NCBI GenBank assembly: GCA_963667785.2 | Contig: CAXXMU010000002.1 | Span: 704,001 to 768,000 of the forward strand | Reading direction: 5' to 3' | Length of the DNA stretch: 64,000 nt | Source of the DNA: Alphaproteobacteria bacterium | GTDB taxonomy: Bacteria > Pseudomonadota > Alphaproteobacteria > UBA828 | In this document: piece after piece, positions 25,674 to 36,452 of the stretch | Numbering within the stretch: position 1 is the stretch's first letter | How the letters are laid out: each line of letters begins with the position of its first letter | Notes under the pieces: generated by a model | Databases searched by the model: none | Told to the model about the DNA's origin: nothing | Seen by the model: only the letters and a program-made list of their open reading frames with translations | Position numbers and translations under genes: made by a program

Positions 25674-27077
25674 CTACTCGGCGGAAGCGGCGAGGGGCTC
25701 CGGGCCCATGCCTTCGCGGGAGGCCGCGTCGGCGAGCGCGTCCAGCACGTCGCCGAGGGTTCCCATCAGCTCGCCGATCTGCGCCTCCGTGATGATGAAG
25801 GGCGGGGCGACGATCACGGCATCCCCGATCGGCCGCGTCACGAGGCCCCGCTCGTAGGCAAGGCTCACGATCCGCTCGCCGACCTCGTGCTCCGGCGCGA
25901 AGGGGCGCTTGCCGGCCCTGTCGGCGACGATCTCGAGCGCACCGAGCAGGCCGACGTGACGCACCTCGCCTACCAGCGGATGGTCCTCGAAGGCGCCGAG
26001 CGCCGCCTCGAAGGCGGGTGCCACCGCCCTCACATTGTCCAGCAGGCCGCCCGGCTCGGTGATCAGCGCGATGGTCTCCAGCGCGACGGCGGCGGCGACC
26101 GGGCTGCCGCCGGTCGTGAATCCGTGGGGGAACTCGTCGTATTCGCCGGCCGCGCGGTGCAGCCGGCTGTCCATCTCAGGCGAGAGAAGCACAGCCGCCA
26201 TCGGGGCGTAGCCGGAGGTGAGCGCCTTCGAGGTGACCAGGATGTCCGGCGTGAAGTCGTAGGTCTCCGCGCCCCAGAGGTTGCCGGTGCGGCCCAGCCC
26301 GGTGACCACCTCGTCGGCGACGAACGGGATGCCGTGGCGGTTCAGGATCGCCTGAATGCGCGGGAAGTAGCCGGCCGGCGGCGGCACGGCGCCGCCCGCG
26401 CCCATCACCGGCTCGGCGAAGAAGCCGGCGATGGACTCGGGCCCCTCCGACTCGATCAGCCCCTCCAGCTCGGCCGCGAGGCGCTCGACATAGGCCGCCT
26501 CGCTCTCGCCGGGATGGGCGTTTCGCCAGTAGTGGGGCGCCTCCACATAGCGCACCTCCGGCAGCGGCAGCCCGAAGGCGCCGATGTAGGGCTTTCCGTT
26601 GAGGCTGCAGGAGGCCACGGTCGTGCCGTGATAGGCCATCGAGCGGGAGATGAGCGTGCGCCGCGCCGGCTCGCCGGCTCCGCGCGCCATCATCCAGAGC
26701 ATCTTGATCGCGGTGTCGTTCGCCTCCGAGCCGGAGTTGACGAAATAGACCCGCGCGACCTCCATCGGTGCGATCTCGACCAGCTTCTCGGCCAGCACGA
26801 CGGGCGGCAGGGCGGTGCGGCCGAAGAAGGTGTGGTAGGCCGGCATCTGCGCCATGGCGTCGGCCGCCGCCTGCACGATCCGGGGCTCGCTGAATCCGGC
26901 GACCACGTTCCACAGGCCCGAGACGCTCTCCAGATAGCGCTTGCCATGCGTGTCGTGGACATAGATACCTTCGCCCCGCTCCAGCACGAGCGGGCCGTCC
27001 CGTTCCAGGCTGGGGAGATGGGTGTACGAATGAAGATGATGCGCAAGATCGCGCGCCTCGGGGGAGTTCAGCGCCAT
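25674..27077 (-). CDS. Class III PLP aminotransferase (omega-amine/polyamine transaminase type)
   Basis: NSGSEAND, AYHGTT, FFAEPVMGAGG, ADEVVTGLGRTG and SKALTSGY motifs; start re-assigned to 27077. Confidence 0.92.
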   Translation of the reverse strand: MALNSPEARDLAHHLHSYTHLPSLERDGPLVLERGEGIYVHDTHGKRYLESVSGLWNVVAGFSEPRIVQAAADAMAQMPAYHTFFGRTALPPVVLAEKLVEIAPMEVARVYFVNSGSEANDTAIKMLWMMARGAGEPARRTLISRSMAYHGTTVASCSLNGKPYIGAFGLPLPEVRYVEAPHYWRNAHPGESEAAYVERLAAELEGLIESEGPESIAGFFAEPVMGAGGAVPPPAGYFPRIQAILNRHGIPFVADEVVTGLGRTGNLWGAETYDFTPDILVTSKALTSGYAPMAAVLLSPEMDSRLHRAAGEYDEFPHGFTTGGSPVAAAVALETIALITEPGGLLDNVRAVAPAFEAALGAFEDHPLVGEVRHVGLLGALEIVADRAGKRPFAPEHEVGERIVSLAYERGLVTRPIGDAVIVAPPFIITEAQIGELMGTLGDVLDALADAASREGMGPEPLAASAE

Positions 27078-27157
27078 CGCTCGGGACCTCGAACCGTTCC
27101 GTCGGTGGTGGCCGGCCCCGCCCGGCGCCGCGCGCAAGCGCGAACCGCGGAGCGACC

Positions 27158-28132
27158 ATGCCGAAGGTGATCATACACGACGCGATCGACGATGCCGGCA
27201 CCGATCTGCTGGCGGAGCGCAGCGACCTCGCCGTCCTGGCGGTCGAGCGGGACGACGAGGCCACGTTGCGCCGCGAGATCGCCGATGCCGACGGCCTCAT
27301 CCTGCGCTACCTGCCGCTCCGCGCCGGGATTCTGGAGGCCGCGACACGGCTCAAGGTGGTCGCGCGTCACGGCGTCGGCTGCGACAACATCGACATGGCG
27401 GCGGCGACCGCGCGCGGGATTCCGGTCGCAACCGTGGGCGACGCCAACGCCGTCACCGTCGCCGAGCTCACCCTCTACTTCATGCTGGCGGCCGCGAAGC
27501 GGGCCCGCCACTACGACGAGGCGGTCAGGCGCGGCGACTTCCTCGTGCGCGAGGCCGCCGATCATCTCGAGCTCTACAGGAAGACCGTGCTGATCGTCGG
27601 CTTCGGGCGCATCGGGCGGCGGGTCGCGGCGCGCTGCCTGGCCTTCGACATGCGCGTCGAGTGCTGCGATCCGTACATTCCGCAGATGGACATCATCGAC
27701 GCCGGCTGCGTGCCGGTCGCCGACCTCGCCGAGGCACTGCCGCGCGCGGACTACGTGAGCGTGCACGTGCCGCTGAACGACGAAACCCGCCACCTGATCG
27801 ACCGGGCGGCGCTGGAGCGGATGAAGCCGGGCGCGATCCTCGTGAACGCCGCCCGGGGACCGATCGTCGACGGCGCGGCCCTCCATGCGGCGCTCGAATC
27901 GGGCCGTCTGGCCGGCGCGGGCCTCGACGTCTTCGACGAGGAGCCACCGCGACCTGACGATCCGCTGCTGAGCCACCCGGCGACGGTGCTTATGCCGCAC
28001 ATGGGGGGCTCCTCGCGCGGCGCCTTCATCCGCATGGCGACCCGGTGCGCGCAGAACGTGCTCGACGCGCTGGACGGCCGGCTGGACCGGTCCGTCGTCG
28101 TCAATCCCGAGGCGTTCGACCGAAGCGCCTGA
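27158..28132 (+). CDS. D-isomer-specific 2-hydroxyacid dehydrogenase (SerA-like, no ACT domain)
   Basis: RHGVGCDNID, IVGFGRIG, VNAARG, GAGLDVFDEEP and PHMGG motifs. Confidence 0.9.
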   Translation: MPKVIIHDAIDDAGTDLLAERSDLAVLAVERDDEATLRREIADADGLILRYLPLRAGILEAATRLKVVARHGVGCDNIDMAAATARGIPVATVGDANAVTVAELTLYFMLAAAKRARHYDEAVRRGDFLVREAADHLELYRKTVLIVGFGRIGRRVAARCLAFDMRVECCDPYIPQMDIIDAGCVPVADLAEALPRADYVSVHVPLNDETRHLIDRAALERMKPGAILVNAARGPIVDGAALHAALESGRLAGAGLDVFDEEPPRPDDPLLSHPATVLMPHMGGSSRGAFIRMATRCAQNVLDALDGRLDRSVVVNPEAFDRSA

Positions 28133-28228
28133 GCCGCGTGCCGCGGCCGCTCCCACGCCCGAACGATCGCCGCCGCAGGGAAGACGGGGCTTGGCGCGCG
28201 GGCGCCGCGCGTGGCATAGGGGGCCGCC

Positions 28229-29242
28229 ATGAAACGGCGCGAGTCGCGATTCGGGCTGAATTCCCTGCGTGTGGCCGCCGGCGCGGCGCTCGTCGCGGCA
28301 CTTCTGGTCGGCGGCGGCGGGGCGGCGCAGGAGGTCGACGTCGAGAGCTTCGCCCAGTGGCGCGAGGGCGTGCGCAGCGAGGCGCTGGATCTCGGCATCG
28401 GCGCGGCCACCTTCGATCGGGCGTTCGAAGGCATCGAGCCGATTCCGCGCATCATCGAGCTGGACCGCCACCAGCCCGAGACCACCATCACCTTCGCCGA
28501 GTACATGGAGCGCGTGGTCCCGGAGTCGCGCGTGGCCCAGGGGCGGGAGCTTCTCGCCGCCCATCGCGACCTGCTGGAGCCGATCGGGCGGAAGTTCGGC
28601 GTGCCGCCCCGCTTCATCGTCGCACTATGGGGCATCGAGACGAGCTACGGCCGCTATCTGGGCGGGTTCCCGGTGATCGGCGCGCTGGCGACGCTCGCCC
28701 ATGACGGACGGCGCAGCGACTATTTCCGCCAGGAGCTGATGCATGCGCTCCGCATCCTGGAGGACGGCCACATCGCGCCCGAGGCTATGGTGGGGAGCTG
28801 GGCGGGCGCCATGGGGCAGAGCCAGTTCATGCCGTCGAGCTTCGTGCGCTACGCCGTGGACTACGACGGCGACGGCCGACGCGACATCTGGGGCACCCAG
28901 GGCGACGTGTTCGCCTCCGCCGCCAACTATCTCGTGCAGGCCGGATGGCGCACCGGCGAAACCTGGGGGCGGGCCGTGCGGCTGCCGGAGGGATTCGACC
29001 CCGCGCTGGTCGGGTTCGAAGTGAGCAAGTCGCTGGACGACTGGCGCGCGCTCGGCCTGCGGCGGGCCGACGGGAGCGATCTGCCGCAGGTGGCGATCAG
29101 CGGCTCCGTGGTCCTGCCCGGCGGGGAGGAGGGGCCGGCATACCTCGTCTACGGCAACTACCGGACGATCATGCGGTGGAACCGCTCCTTCTACTTCGCG
29201 ACCGCTGTCGGCACGCTGGCCGACAGGATCGGGGGGCGGTAA
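28229..29242 (+). CDS. mltB: Lytic murein transglycosylase (MltB/SLT_2 family)
   Basis: ALWGIETSYG, GSWAGAMGQSQFMPSS, DYDGDGRRD and WNRS motifs; signal peptide. Confidence 0.92.
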   Translation: MKRRESRFGLNSLRVAAGAALVAALLVGGGGAAQEVDVESFAQWREGVRSEALDLGIGAATFDRAFEGIEPIPRIIELDRHQPETTITFAEYMERVVPESRVAQGRELLAAHRDLLEPIGRKFGVPPRFIVALWGIETSYGRYLGGFPVIGALATLAHDGRRSDYFRQELMHALRILEDGHIAPEAMVGSWAGAMGQSQFMPSSFVRYAVDYDGDGRRDIWGTQGDVFASAANYLVQAGWRTGETWGRAVRLPEGFDPALVGFEVSKSLDDWRALGLRRADGSDLPQVAISGSVVLPGGEEGPAYLVYGNYRTIMRWNRSFYFATAVGTLADRIGGR

Positions 29243-29261
29243 GCGCCGGCCGGCCAGGCCG

Positions 29262-30233
29262 ATGAGACTGCACCGCCTTCTCCTCGCGTCGTTCGCCCTC
29301 TGCCTGCTTGCGCTCGCCGGGTGCGAAAGCGTGCAGCTTGCGTCCCATGTCGCCAAGACGATGAGGACCGCCGCCGTCGTCCCGGAGACCCGGCCGCTCC
29401 CCCGTGGCGCCCAGTCCCACTACAAGTTGGGCGCGCCCTACGCCATCAGCGGCAACTGGTACTATCCGAGCTACGATCCCAGCTACGACCGCACCGGCAT
29501 CGCCTCGTGGTACGGACCGGGCTTCCACGGCCGGCCGACGGCGAACGGCGAGCGCTTCGACATGAACGCAGTGAGCGCCGCCCACCCCACGCTGCCGTTG
29601 CCGAGCCGGGTCCGCGTGACCAACCTCGAGAACGGGCGCCAGCTGGACGTACGGGTGAACGATCGCGGCCCCTTCATCGACGGGCGCCTGATCGACCTGT
29701 CGCGCCGCGCGGCGCAGCTTCTCGGCTTCCATCGCGAGGGGCTGGCGCGGGTCCGGGTCGAGTATCTGGGGCTCGACGACCCGCTGCCCGATGCGCCGCC
29801 GGCTCCTGCGGATCGTCCGGTCCGCGTCGCCACAGCCGACGCACCGCCCGTCGTCTTCAAGCCTCGCATCCGCCGCGACGAGCTCGCGGCCGCAGCCCGG
29901 GTGGAGCCCGTGCCGCAAGTCAAGCCCGTGCGGACGGCGGAGCCGGCGCCGCGCCCTCCCCGGGCCCGGCTCGGGGCCGGTGGCGATGCATCCTCGCAGG
30001 CATTCCTGATCGAGGCCGCCGTGCTCGAAGGACACGACGCGGCCCAGCGCCTGGGCGCCCGGGTGCGCTCCTTCGGCAGCGTCGCGGTCGAGCCGGAACG
30101 GCGCGGCGGGCGGCTGGTCTACGCGGTCCGCATCGGCCCGGTCGATTCCGACGACGAGGCCGCCTCCATCGTCGCCCGGCTGGCCCGTGCCGGCGTCACC
30201 GGCTCGCAGATCGTCGCCGCCAAGTATCGCTGA
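29262..30233 (+). CDS. rlpA: Septal ring lytic transglycosylase RlpA lipoprotein with SPOR-like C terminus
   Basis: Lipobox LAGC; GIASWYG..FHGRPTANGE, AAHPTLPLPS and VRVNDRGPF motifs. Confidence 0.92.
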   Translation: MRLHRLLLASFALCLLALAGCESVQLASHVAKTMRTAAVVPETRPLPRGAQSHYKLGAPYAISGNWYYPSYDPSYDRTGIASWYGPGFHGRPTANGERFDMNAVSAAHPTLPLPSRVRVTNLENGRQLDVRVNDRGPFIDGRLIDLSRRAAQLLGFHREGLARVRVEYLGLDDPLPDAPPAPADRPVRVATADAPPVVFKPRIRRDELAAAARVEPVPQVKPVRTAEPAPRPPRARLGAGGDASSQAFLIEAAVLEGHDAAQRLGARVRSFGSVAVEPERRGGRLVYAVRIGPVDSDDEAASIVARLARAGVTGSQIVAAKYR

Positions 30234-30318
30234 CGGCCTTGCGGCGCTTGGCCCGGCCCATGGCGAGGGTGTACATCTTGGTGGTCGCCATGTTCCCGGA
30301 CCGAGGAGCCGATACACG

Positions 30319-31491
30319 ATGGCCGACCGCCGTGGAATGAGCCGCCGTCCCTGGCTCGGCGCTCTCTGCTGCGCCCTGGGGCTCGGCGCGCTCGTCGCCG
30401 TCTCGCACCCCCGCCCGTCCGCCGCGATCGAAACCAGCGCAAAGCAGTTCGTCCTGGTCGATGCTGCGACCGGCATGACGCTCGCCGCAAAGAATGCGGA
30501 CGAGCCGATGTATCCGGCGTCCATGAGCAAGATCATGACGCTCTACATCGCTTTCGAGCATCTGGCGGAGGGTCGCCTCGCCATGGAGGACACCTTCACG
30601 GTCAGCCCGAAGGCCTGGCGGATGAAGGGATCGCGGATGTTTCTCGAGGTCGATTCCAGGGTGACGGTCGGCGAGCTGCTGCGCGGGATCATCGTGCAGT
30701 CGGGCAACGATGCCAGCATCGTGCTGGCCGAAGGCATTGCCGGGTCGGAGAGCGCGTTCGCCGACATGATGAACGACAAGGCGGCGGAGATCGGTCTCGA
30801 CGACAGCCACTTCACCAACGCCACCGGCTGGCCGGACCCGGACCACGTGACCACGGCAAGCGATGTCGCCGAGCTGTCGCGGCGGATCATCGCGGACTTC
30901 CCCGAGTACTATCCGATGTTCGCGGAGAAGACCTACACCTACAACGGTATCCGCCAGGGCAACCGCAACCCGCTGCTCTACCGCTACGACGGGGCCGACG
31001 GCCTGAAGACGGGCTACACCAGCGTCTCCGGCCACGGTCTCGCCGCATCGGCGAAACGTGGCGAGCAGCGCCTGGTGCTGGTGGTGAACGGTCTCGACGG
31101 CGTCAACGTCCGCGCGCGAGAATCCGAGCGCCTGCTGGACTACGGCTTCCGGGCCTTCAAGACCTACGTCCTGTTCCGGGCCGGCGAGGTGGTCGACGAG
31201 TTCGATGTCTGGTTCGGCGAGGCCGACGTGGTGCCGCTGGTGGTGGATCGCGACGTTACGCTGTTGATGCCGCGCTCATCCCGCAAGCACATGGTGGTCA
31301 AGATCGTGGCCGACAGCCCGATCGCGGCGCCGGTCGAAAGCGGAGCGCCGGTGGCCCGGCTGGTAGTGAGCGCGCCTGAGGTCGAGACGCGCGAGTGGCC
31401 GCTGCTGGCGGGTGCCACGGTGGACAGCCTCTCCGGCTTCGGGCGAATCGGTGCCGCGATCGACGCATTGATCTGGGGCCGGGGCGGCTAG
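30319..31491 (+). CDS. dacA: D-alanyl-D-alanine carboxypeptidase (PBP5/6 family)
   Basis: PASMSK (SxxK), SGND (SxN) and KTG motifs; GAGGAG RBS before ATG 30319. Confidence 0.92.
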   Translation: MADRRGMSRRPWLGALCCALGLGALVAVSHPRPSAAIETSAKQFVLVDAATGMTLAAKNADEPMYPASMSKIMTLYIAFEHLAEGRLAMEDTFTVSPKAWRMKGSRMFLEVDSRVTVGELLRGIIVQSGNDASIVLAEGIAGSESAFADMMNDKAAEIGLDDSHFTNATGWPDPDHVTTASDVAELSRRIIADFPEYYPMFAEKTYTYNGIRQGNRNPLLYRYDGADGLKTGYTSVSGHGLAASAKRGEQRLVLVVNGLDGVNVRARESERLLDYGFRAFKTYVLFRAGEVVDEFDVWFGEADVVPLVVDRDVTLLMPRSSRKHMVVKIVADSPIAAPVESGAPVARLVVSAPEVETREWPLLAGATVDSLSGFGRIGAAIDALIWGRGG

Positions 31492-31526
31492 CCCGGCCTC
31501 CCTGCCATGGTCACGGCCTGCGTCGC

Positions 31527-32165
31527 ATGACGCGCGGACGCTTCATCACGCTGGAGGGCGGCGAGGGCGCCGGCAAGACGGCACAGACCGCCCGCCTCTG
31601 CGCGGCGCTCGAGGCGCGCGGCGTGGGCACGCTCGCCACCCGCGAGCCCGGCGGCTCGCCCGGGGCCGAGGAGATCCGCAAGCTCCTGGTCTCCGGCCCG
31701 GCCGAGCGTTGGGACCCGCTCGCCGAGGCGATGCTGCACGCGGCGGCGCGGCGCGATCACCTGCAGCACACCATCGAGCCGGCGCTCGCGCGGGGCCTCT
31801 GGGTCGTCTCGGACCGCTTCGTCGATTCGATGATGGTCTACCAGGGCCACGGCCAGGGCGCCGACCTCGCCGTCATGGAGCGTCTCAGCCAGCTCTCCCT
31901 CGACGGATTCGCGCCCGACCTGACGATCGTGCTGGACATTCCGGTGGCGGAGGGGCTTGCGCGCGCCGGCGCGCGCGCAGGCTCCAATCGCTACGAGCGC
32001 ATGGGGGCAGACTTTCACGAGCGCGTGCGGGAGGGCTTTCTCGCCCGCGCCCAGGCCGAGCCGGAGCGCTTCGCGGTGGTGGATGCGGCAGCAGACCCGG
32101 AGACGGTCGGCCGGGCGATCTTCGAGGTCGTGGCGGCGCGCCTCCCGGTTCCCTCCGATGGCTGA
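31527..32165 (+). CDS. tmk: Thymidylate kinase
   Basis: FITLEGGEGAGKT, REPGG and SDRF motifs. Confidence 0.95.
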   Translation: MTRGRFITLEGGEGAGKTAQTARLCAALEARGVGTLATREPGGSPGAEEIRKLLVSGPAERWDPLAEAMLHAAARRDHLQHTIEPALARGLWVVSDRFVDSMMVYQGHGQGADLAVMERLSQLSLDGFAPDLTIVLDIPVAEGLARAGARAGSNRYERMGADFHERVREGFLARAQAEPERFAVVDAAADPETVGRAIFEVVAARLPVPSDG

Positions 32166-33240
32166 AAGCGAGACCCCCGCCTTCGCCTGGCCGGCGCCGC
32201 GCGAGAACCCGCACCTCGTCGGCCACGAGGCCGCCGCCGACACCCTCGCCGCGGCGTGGCGAAGCGGGCGGCTCGCCCACGCCTGGCTGATCGCGGGCCC
32301 GCGCGGCATCGGCAAGGCGACGCTGGCGTACCGCTTCGCCCGCTTTGCGCTGAGCGGCGGCGAGGGCGGCGCCGACGACCTGGCGATGCCGCCCGACCAT
32401 CCCGTCTTCCGGCGGGTCGCGGCCGGCGGCCACAGCGATCTCGCCGTCATCGAGCGCGGTCTGGGCGAGCGCGGCCGGCTGCGCGCCGAGATCGTGGTCG
32501 ACGACGTGCGCGCGGCCAGCGCCTTTCTCTCGCTCACCGCGGGCGAGGGCGGCTGGCGGGTCGTGGTGGTCGATGCGGCGGAGGAGATGAACCGCAACGC
32601 CGCCAACGCGCTCCTCAAGCGCCTGGAGGAGCCTCCCGGCCGGGTGCTCTTCCTCCTCGTGAGTCACGCGCCGAGCCGCCTGCCGGCGACGCTGCGCTCA
32701 CGCTGCCGCGTCCTCACCCTGGCGCCGCTCCCGGCGCCGGCGCTGGAGGGGCTGCTCGCGGAAGCGATGCCCGGCCTTGCGGCTGACGAGCGCCGCGTGC
32801 TGGGGCTGCTCGCCGAAGGTAGTCCGGGGCGCGCCGCGGCACTGGCGGAGCAGGGCGGGGCTGCACTCTACCGGCGCGTGATCGGGCTCGTCGGCACGCT
32901 TCCCGCGCTCGACGCCAAGCCGCTGCACCAGCTTGCCGACGGGCTCGCGGGACGGGACGGGGTGGATCGCCTGCGCACGCTCGCCGAGCTGATCCTCTGG
33001 TGGCTCGGCCGCTCGATTCGCGCCGCAGCACGGGGCGAGCTCGGCACGATGGACGAGGTGGTGCCCGGCGAGAGGGCGAGCGCGGCCATGCTGGACGGAG
33101 CGGCGCTTGATCGCTGGGTCGGCGTGTGGGAAAACCTGCGCCGCTCGTTCGCCGACGCGGACGGGCTCAATCTCGAGCCCAGGCAGGTCCTGATCGGCGC
33201 CTTTACGACGCTGCAGGAGGCCGCGCGGGCGCGGGCCTGA
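32158..33240 (+). CDS. holB: DNA polymerase III delta-prime subunit
   Basis: HAWLIAGPRGIGKATLA, AANALLKRLEEPP and TLRSRC motifs; synteny tmk-holB-metG. Confidence 0.93.
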   Translation: MAESETPAFAWPAPRENPHLVGHEAAADTLAAAWRSGRLAHAWLIAGPRGIGKATLAYRFARFALSGGEGGADDLAMPPDHPVFRRVAAGGHSDLAVIERGLGERGRLRAEIVVDDVRAASAFLSLTAGEGGWRVVVVDAAEEMNRNAANALLKRLEEPPGRVLFLLVSHAPSRLPATLRSRCRVLTLAPLPAPALEGLLAEAMPGLAADERRVLGLLAEGSPGRAAALAEQGGAALYRRVIGLVGTLPALDAKPLHQLADGLAGRDGVDRLRTLAELILWWLGRSIRAAARGELGTMDEVVPGERASAAMLDGAALDRWVGVWENLRRSFADADGLNLEPRQVLIGAFTTLQEAARARA

Positions 33241-33263
33241 GCGGCAGGACCGGAGGCGAGCCC

Positions 33264-34823
33264 ATGGCGCCCAGAGCGGCGTACTACCTGAGCACCCCGA
33301 TCTACTACGTGAACGATTCGCCTCATATCGGGCATGCCTACACCTCGCTCGCCTGCGACGTGCTGGCCCGCTTCATGCGGCTCGACGGCCGCGACGTGCT
33401 GTTCCTCACGGGCACCGACGAGCACGGCCAGAAGGTGCAAAAGTCGGCCTCGGCCGCCGGCATGGAGCCGCAGGCGTTCGTCGACGGGGTCTCGGAGCGC
33501 TTCCGCGCCCTCGGCGACGTGATGGGCTACAGCAACGACGATTTCATCCGCACCACCGAGGATCGTCACACGCGCTCCTGCGAGGAGCTGTGGCGCCGCA
33601 TCGCGGCCAACGGCCACATCTATCTCGGCAAGTACGCCGGCTGGTACTCGGTGCGGGAGGAGGCGTTCTACGCCGATTCGGAGGTCACGACGGCGGCCGA
33701 CGGCAGCAAGGTGACGGCGGGCGACGGCTCGCCGGTCGAATGGGTCGAGGAGCCGAGCTACTTCTTCCGCCTCTCCGCCTGGCAGGAGCCGCTGCTCGAG
33801 TTCTACGAAAAGAACCCGGATGCGATCGCGCCGGAGAGCCGGCGCAACGAGGTCATCAGCTTCGTCACGAGCGGGCTGAACGACCTCTCCGTCTCGCGCG
33901 CGAGCCTGACGTGGGGCATCCCCGTGCCGGGCGATCCCGACCACACCATGTATGTGTGGCTCGATGCGCTGACCAACTACATCAGCGGCGCCGGCTTCCC
34001 CGACACTGACTGCGAGACCTGGCGCACCTACTGGCCAGCCGATCTGCACATGGTGGGCAAGGATATCCTGCGCTTCCACGCGGTCTACTGGCCGGCCTTC
34101 CTGATGGCCGCCGGAGTCGAGCCGCCCACGCGCGTCTTCGCCCACGGCTGGTGGACGAACGAGGGCGAGAAGATGTCGAAGTCCCTCGGCAACGTGATCG
34201 ACCCTCACCAGATCGTGGCGCGCTACGGGCTCGACGCCGTCCGCTACTTCCTGCTGCGGGCGCTGCCCTTCGGCAGCGACGGCGACTTCTCGCACCGGGC
34301 GATCGTCGGCCGCATGAACGACGACCTGGCGAACGACTACGGCAACCTGGCGCAGCGGGTGTTGACCATGATCCACCGCAACTGCGACGCCGCCGTGCCG
34401 GAGCCGGGCGCCTTCGAGGCGGCGGACGAGGCCCTGCTCGGCGCCGCCGAGGGGCTGGTGGAGACGGTGAGGGCGGACCTCGGCGCGCAGTCCTTTCATC
34501 GGGCCCTGATCCACGTCTGGGAGGTGGTCGGCCAGGCCAACCGCTACGTCGACGAGCAGGCGCCCTGGGTGCTGCGCAAGTCTGACCCGGCACGGATGGC
34601 GACGGTGCTCTACGTGGTGGCCGAGACGCTGCGGCACCTCGCCGTGCTGACGCTCGCGTTCATGCCGGCCTCGAGCGGGCGCATGCTCGATCAGCTCGGC
34701 GTGCCGGCGGAGGCGCGCACGCTCGCGGCGCTCGGGCCGGAGGGGCGACTCGCGCCCGGAACACCGATCCCGAAGCCCGCGCCGATCTTCCCGCGATACG
34801 AAGAGGATACGGCGGAAACCTGA
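33264..34823 (+). CDS. metG: Methionyl-tRNA synthetase (short form)
   Basis: PHIGH, TGTDEHG, YVWLDAL, GKDILRFH and KMSKS motifs. Confidence 0.97.
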   Translation: MAPRAAYYLSTPIYYVNDSPHIGHAYTSLACDVLARFMRLDGRDVLFLTGTDEHGQKVQKSASAAGMEPQAFVDGVSERFRALGDVMGYSNDDFIRTTEDRHTRSCEELWRRIAANGHIYLGKYAGWYSVREEAFYADSEVTTAADGSKVTAGDGSPVEWVEEPSYFFRLSAWQEPLLEFYEKNPDAIAPESRRNEVISFVTSGLNDLSVSRASLTWGIPVPGDPDHTMYVWLDALTNYISGAGFPDTDCETWRTYWPADLHMVGKDILRFHAVYWPAFLMAAGVEPPTRVFAHGWWTNEGEKMSKSLGNVIDPHQIVARYGLDAVRYFLLRALPFGSDGDFSHRAIVGRMNDDLANDYGNLAQRVLTMIHRNCDAAVPEPGAFEAADEALLGAAEGLVETVRADLGAQSFHRALIHVWEVVGQANRYVDEQAPWVLRKSDPARMATVLYVVAETLRHLAVLTLAFMPASSGRMLDQLGVPAEARTLAALGPEGRLAPGTPIPKPAPIFPRYEEDTAET

Positions 34824-34841
34824 GGGGAAATATTGCTGCGG

Positions 34842-35636
34842 ATGCTGGTCGACAGCCACTGCCATCTCGACTTCCCCGACTTCGCCGCCGACATCGACGG
34901 CGTGCTCGCGCGCGCGGCCGAAGCCGGGGTCGGCGCCCTGCAGACCATCTGCACGCGGGTGACGCGGTTCGATGCGGTGCGCGGCCTGGCAGAGGCCCAC
35001 CCCCAGGTCTGGTGCTCGGTCGGCATCCATCCGCACCACGTCGCCGAGGAGCCGCCGATCACCGCCGAGCACCTGGTCCGCATGGCCGCCCATCCCAAGG
35101 TGATCGGGATCGGCGAGACCGGGCTGGACTTCCACTACGACAACAGCCCGAGACCCGCGCAGGAAGCCAGTTTCCGCTGCCATATCGCGGCTGCGCGGGA
35201 GACCGGGCTGCCGCTCATCGTGCACACGCGCTCCGCCGATGCGGAGACCTGCCGAATCCTGCGCGAGGAAGCGGGGCAGGGGACCTTCCCCGGCGTCATC
35301 CACTGCTTCAGCGCTGGCCGCGCGGTCGCCGAGACCGCGCTCGAGATCGGCCACTCCATCTCGTTTTCGGGCATCCTCACCTTCAAGAACGCGGACGAGG
35401 TGCGGGCCGTCGCCCGGGACGTGCCGGCAGACCGGCTCCTGGTTGAGACCGACGCGCCCTACCTCGCGCCGGTGCCGCACCGGGGCCGGCGCAACGAGCC
35501 CGCCCATGTGCGCCACACCGCCGCGCGACTCGCCGAGCTGAAGGGCCTGGACGAGGCCGCGCTGGCCTGCGCGACGACCGACAACTTCTTTAGACTCTTC
35601 TCGAAGGCGCACCCAGACAGAACTGTCATGCAATGA
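34842..35636 (+). CDS. tatD: TatD family nuclease
   Basis: DSHCHL, GETGLD, HCFS and ETDAPYLAP motifs. Confidence 0.93.
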   Translation: MLVDSHCHLDFPDFAADIDGVLARAAEAGVGALQTICTRVTRFDAVRGLAEAHPQVWCSVGIHPHHVAEEPPITAEHLVRMAAHPKVIGIGETGLDFHYDNSPRPAQEASFRCHIAAARETGLPLIVHTRSADAETCRILREEAGQGTFPGVIHCFSAGRAVAETALEIGHSISFSGILTFKNADEVRAVARDVPADRLLVETDAPYLAPVPHRGRRNEPAHVRHTAARLAELKGLDEAALACATTDNFFRLFSKAHPDRTVMQ

Positions 35637-36415
35637 AAATAACGATCCTCGGCTGTGGCACGTCGAGCGGCGTTCCGATGATCGGCTGCGACTGCGCGGT
35701 GTGCCGCTCGCCCGACCCGCGCAACCGCCGCCGGCGGGTCTCGGCGCTGGTCGAAACGGGTTCGACGCGGCTCCTGATCGACACGCCGCCGGACCTGCAT
35801 GCGCAGCTCGTGGACGCGGGCATCGCGCACCTCGACGCCGTGCTCTACACCCACGGCCATGCCGATCACGTGCACGGAATCGATGACCTGCGCTCGATCA
35901 ATTTCCACACGGGACGGGCGCTCGATGCCTTTGGCTCCGCCGCGACGCTGACGGCCATCCAAAAGCGCTTCGCCTATGTGTTCGAGCCCATGGGCACCAA
36001 GGGATGGGCCAAGCCCAGCCTCAACCCGGTGGTCATCGACGGCCCGTTCGCCGCGGGCGGCGTGGGCGTGACGCCGTTTCCGCAGACCCACGGGCGCGGC
36101 ATCACCACCGGCTACCGGATCGGCGACATGGCGTACTCGACCGACGTGAAGGTGTTGCCGGGAGAGGCGTTCGCGGCGCTCGAGGGGGTCGGGCTCTGGA
36201 TCGTCGACTGTCTCGGCTACCGCGAGCATCCGACGCACGCGCATCTGGACCTGACGCTCGAATGGATCGCACGGGTGCGGCCCAGGCTCGCGGTACTCAC
36301 GCACATGTCCCACCAGTTCGACTACGAGACGCTGCGCGCCAGCTTGCCGGCGGGCGTGGTGCCGGGCCACGACGGGCTCGTCATCGAGATGGAAGATCTC
36401 CAATGCGCCCCGTAA
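35633..36415 (+). CDS. MBL-fold metallohydrolase (PhnP-like phosphodiesterase)
   Basis: GCGTSSGVP..GCDCAVC and THGHADHVHG motifs; ATGA overlap with tatD. Confidence 0.9.
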   Translation: MKITILGCGTSSGVPMIGCDCAVCRSPDPRNRRRRVSALVETGSTRLLIDTPPDLHAQLVDAGIAHLDAVLYTHGHADHVHGIDDLRSINFHTGRALDAFGSAATLTAIQKRFAYVFEPMGTKGWAKPSLNPVVIDGPFAAGGVGVTPFPQTHGRGITTGYRIGDMAYSTDVKVLPGEAFAALEGVGLWIVDCLGYREHPTHAHLDLTLEWIARVRPRLAVLTHMSHQFDYETLRASLPAGVVPGHDGLVIEMEDLQCAP

Positions 36416-36452
36416 GCCGTTGCACCGGTGGGATCTTCTGGGACCACCTAAT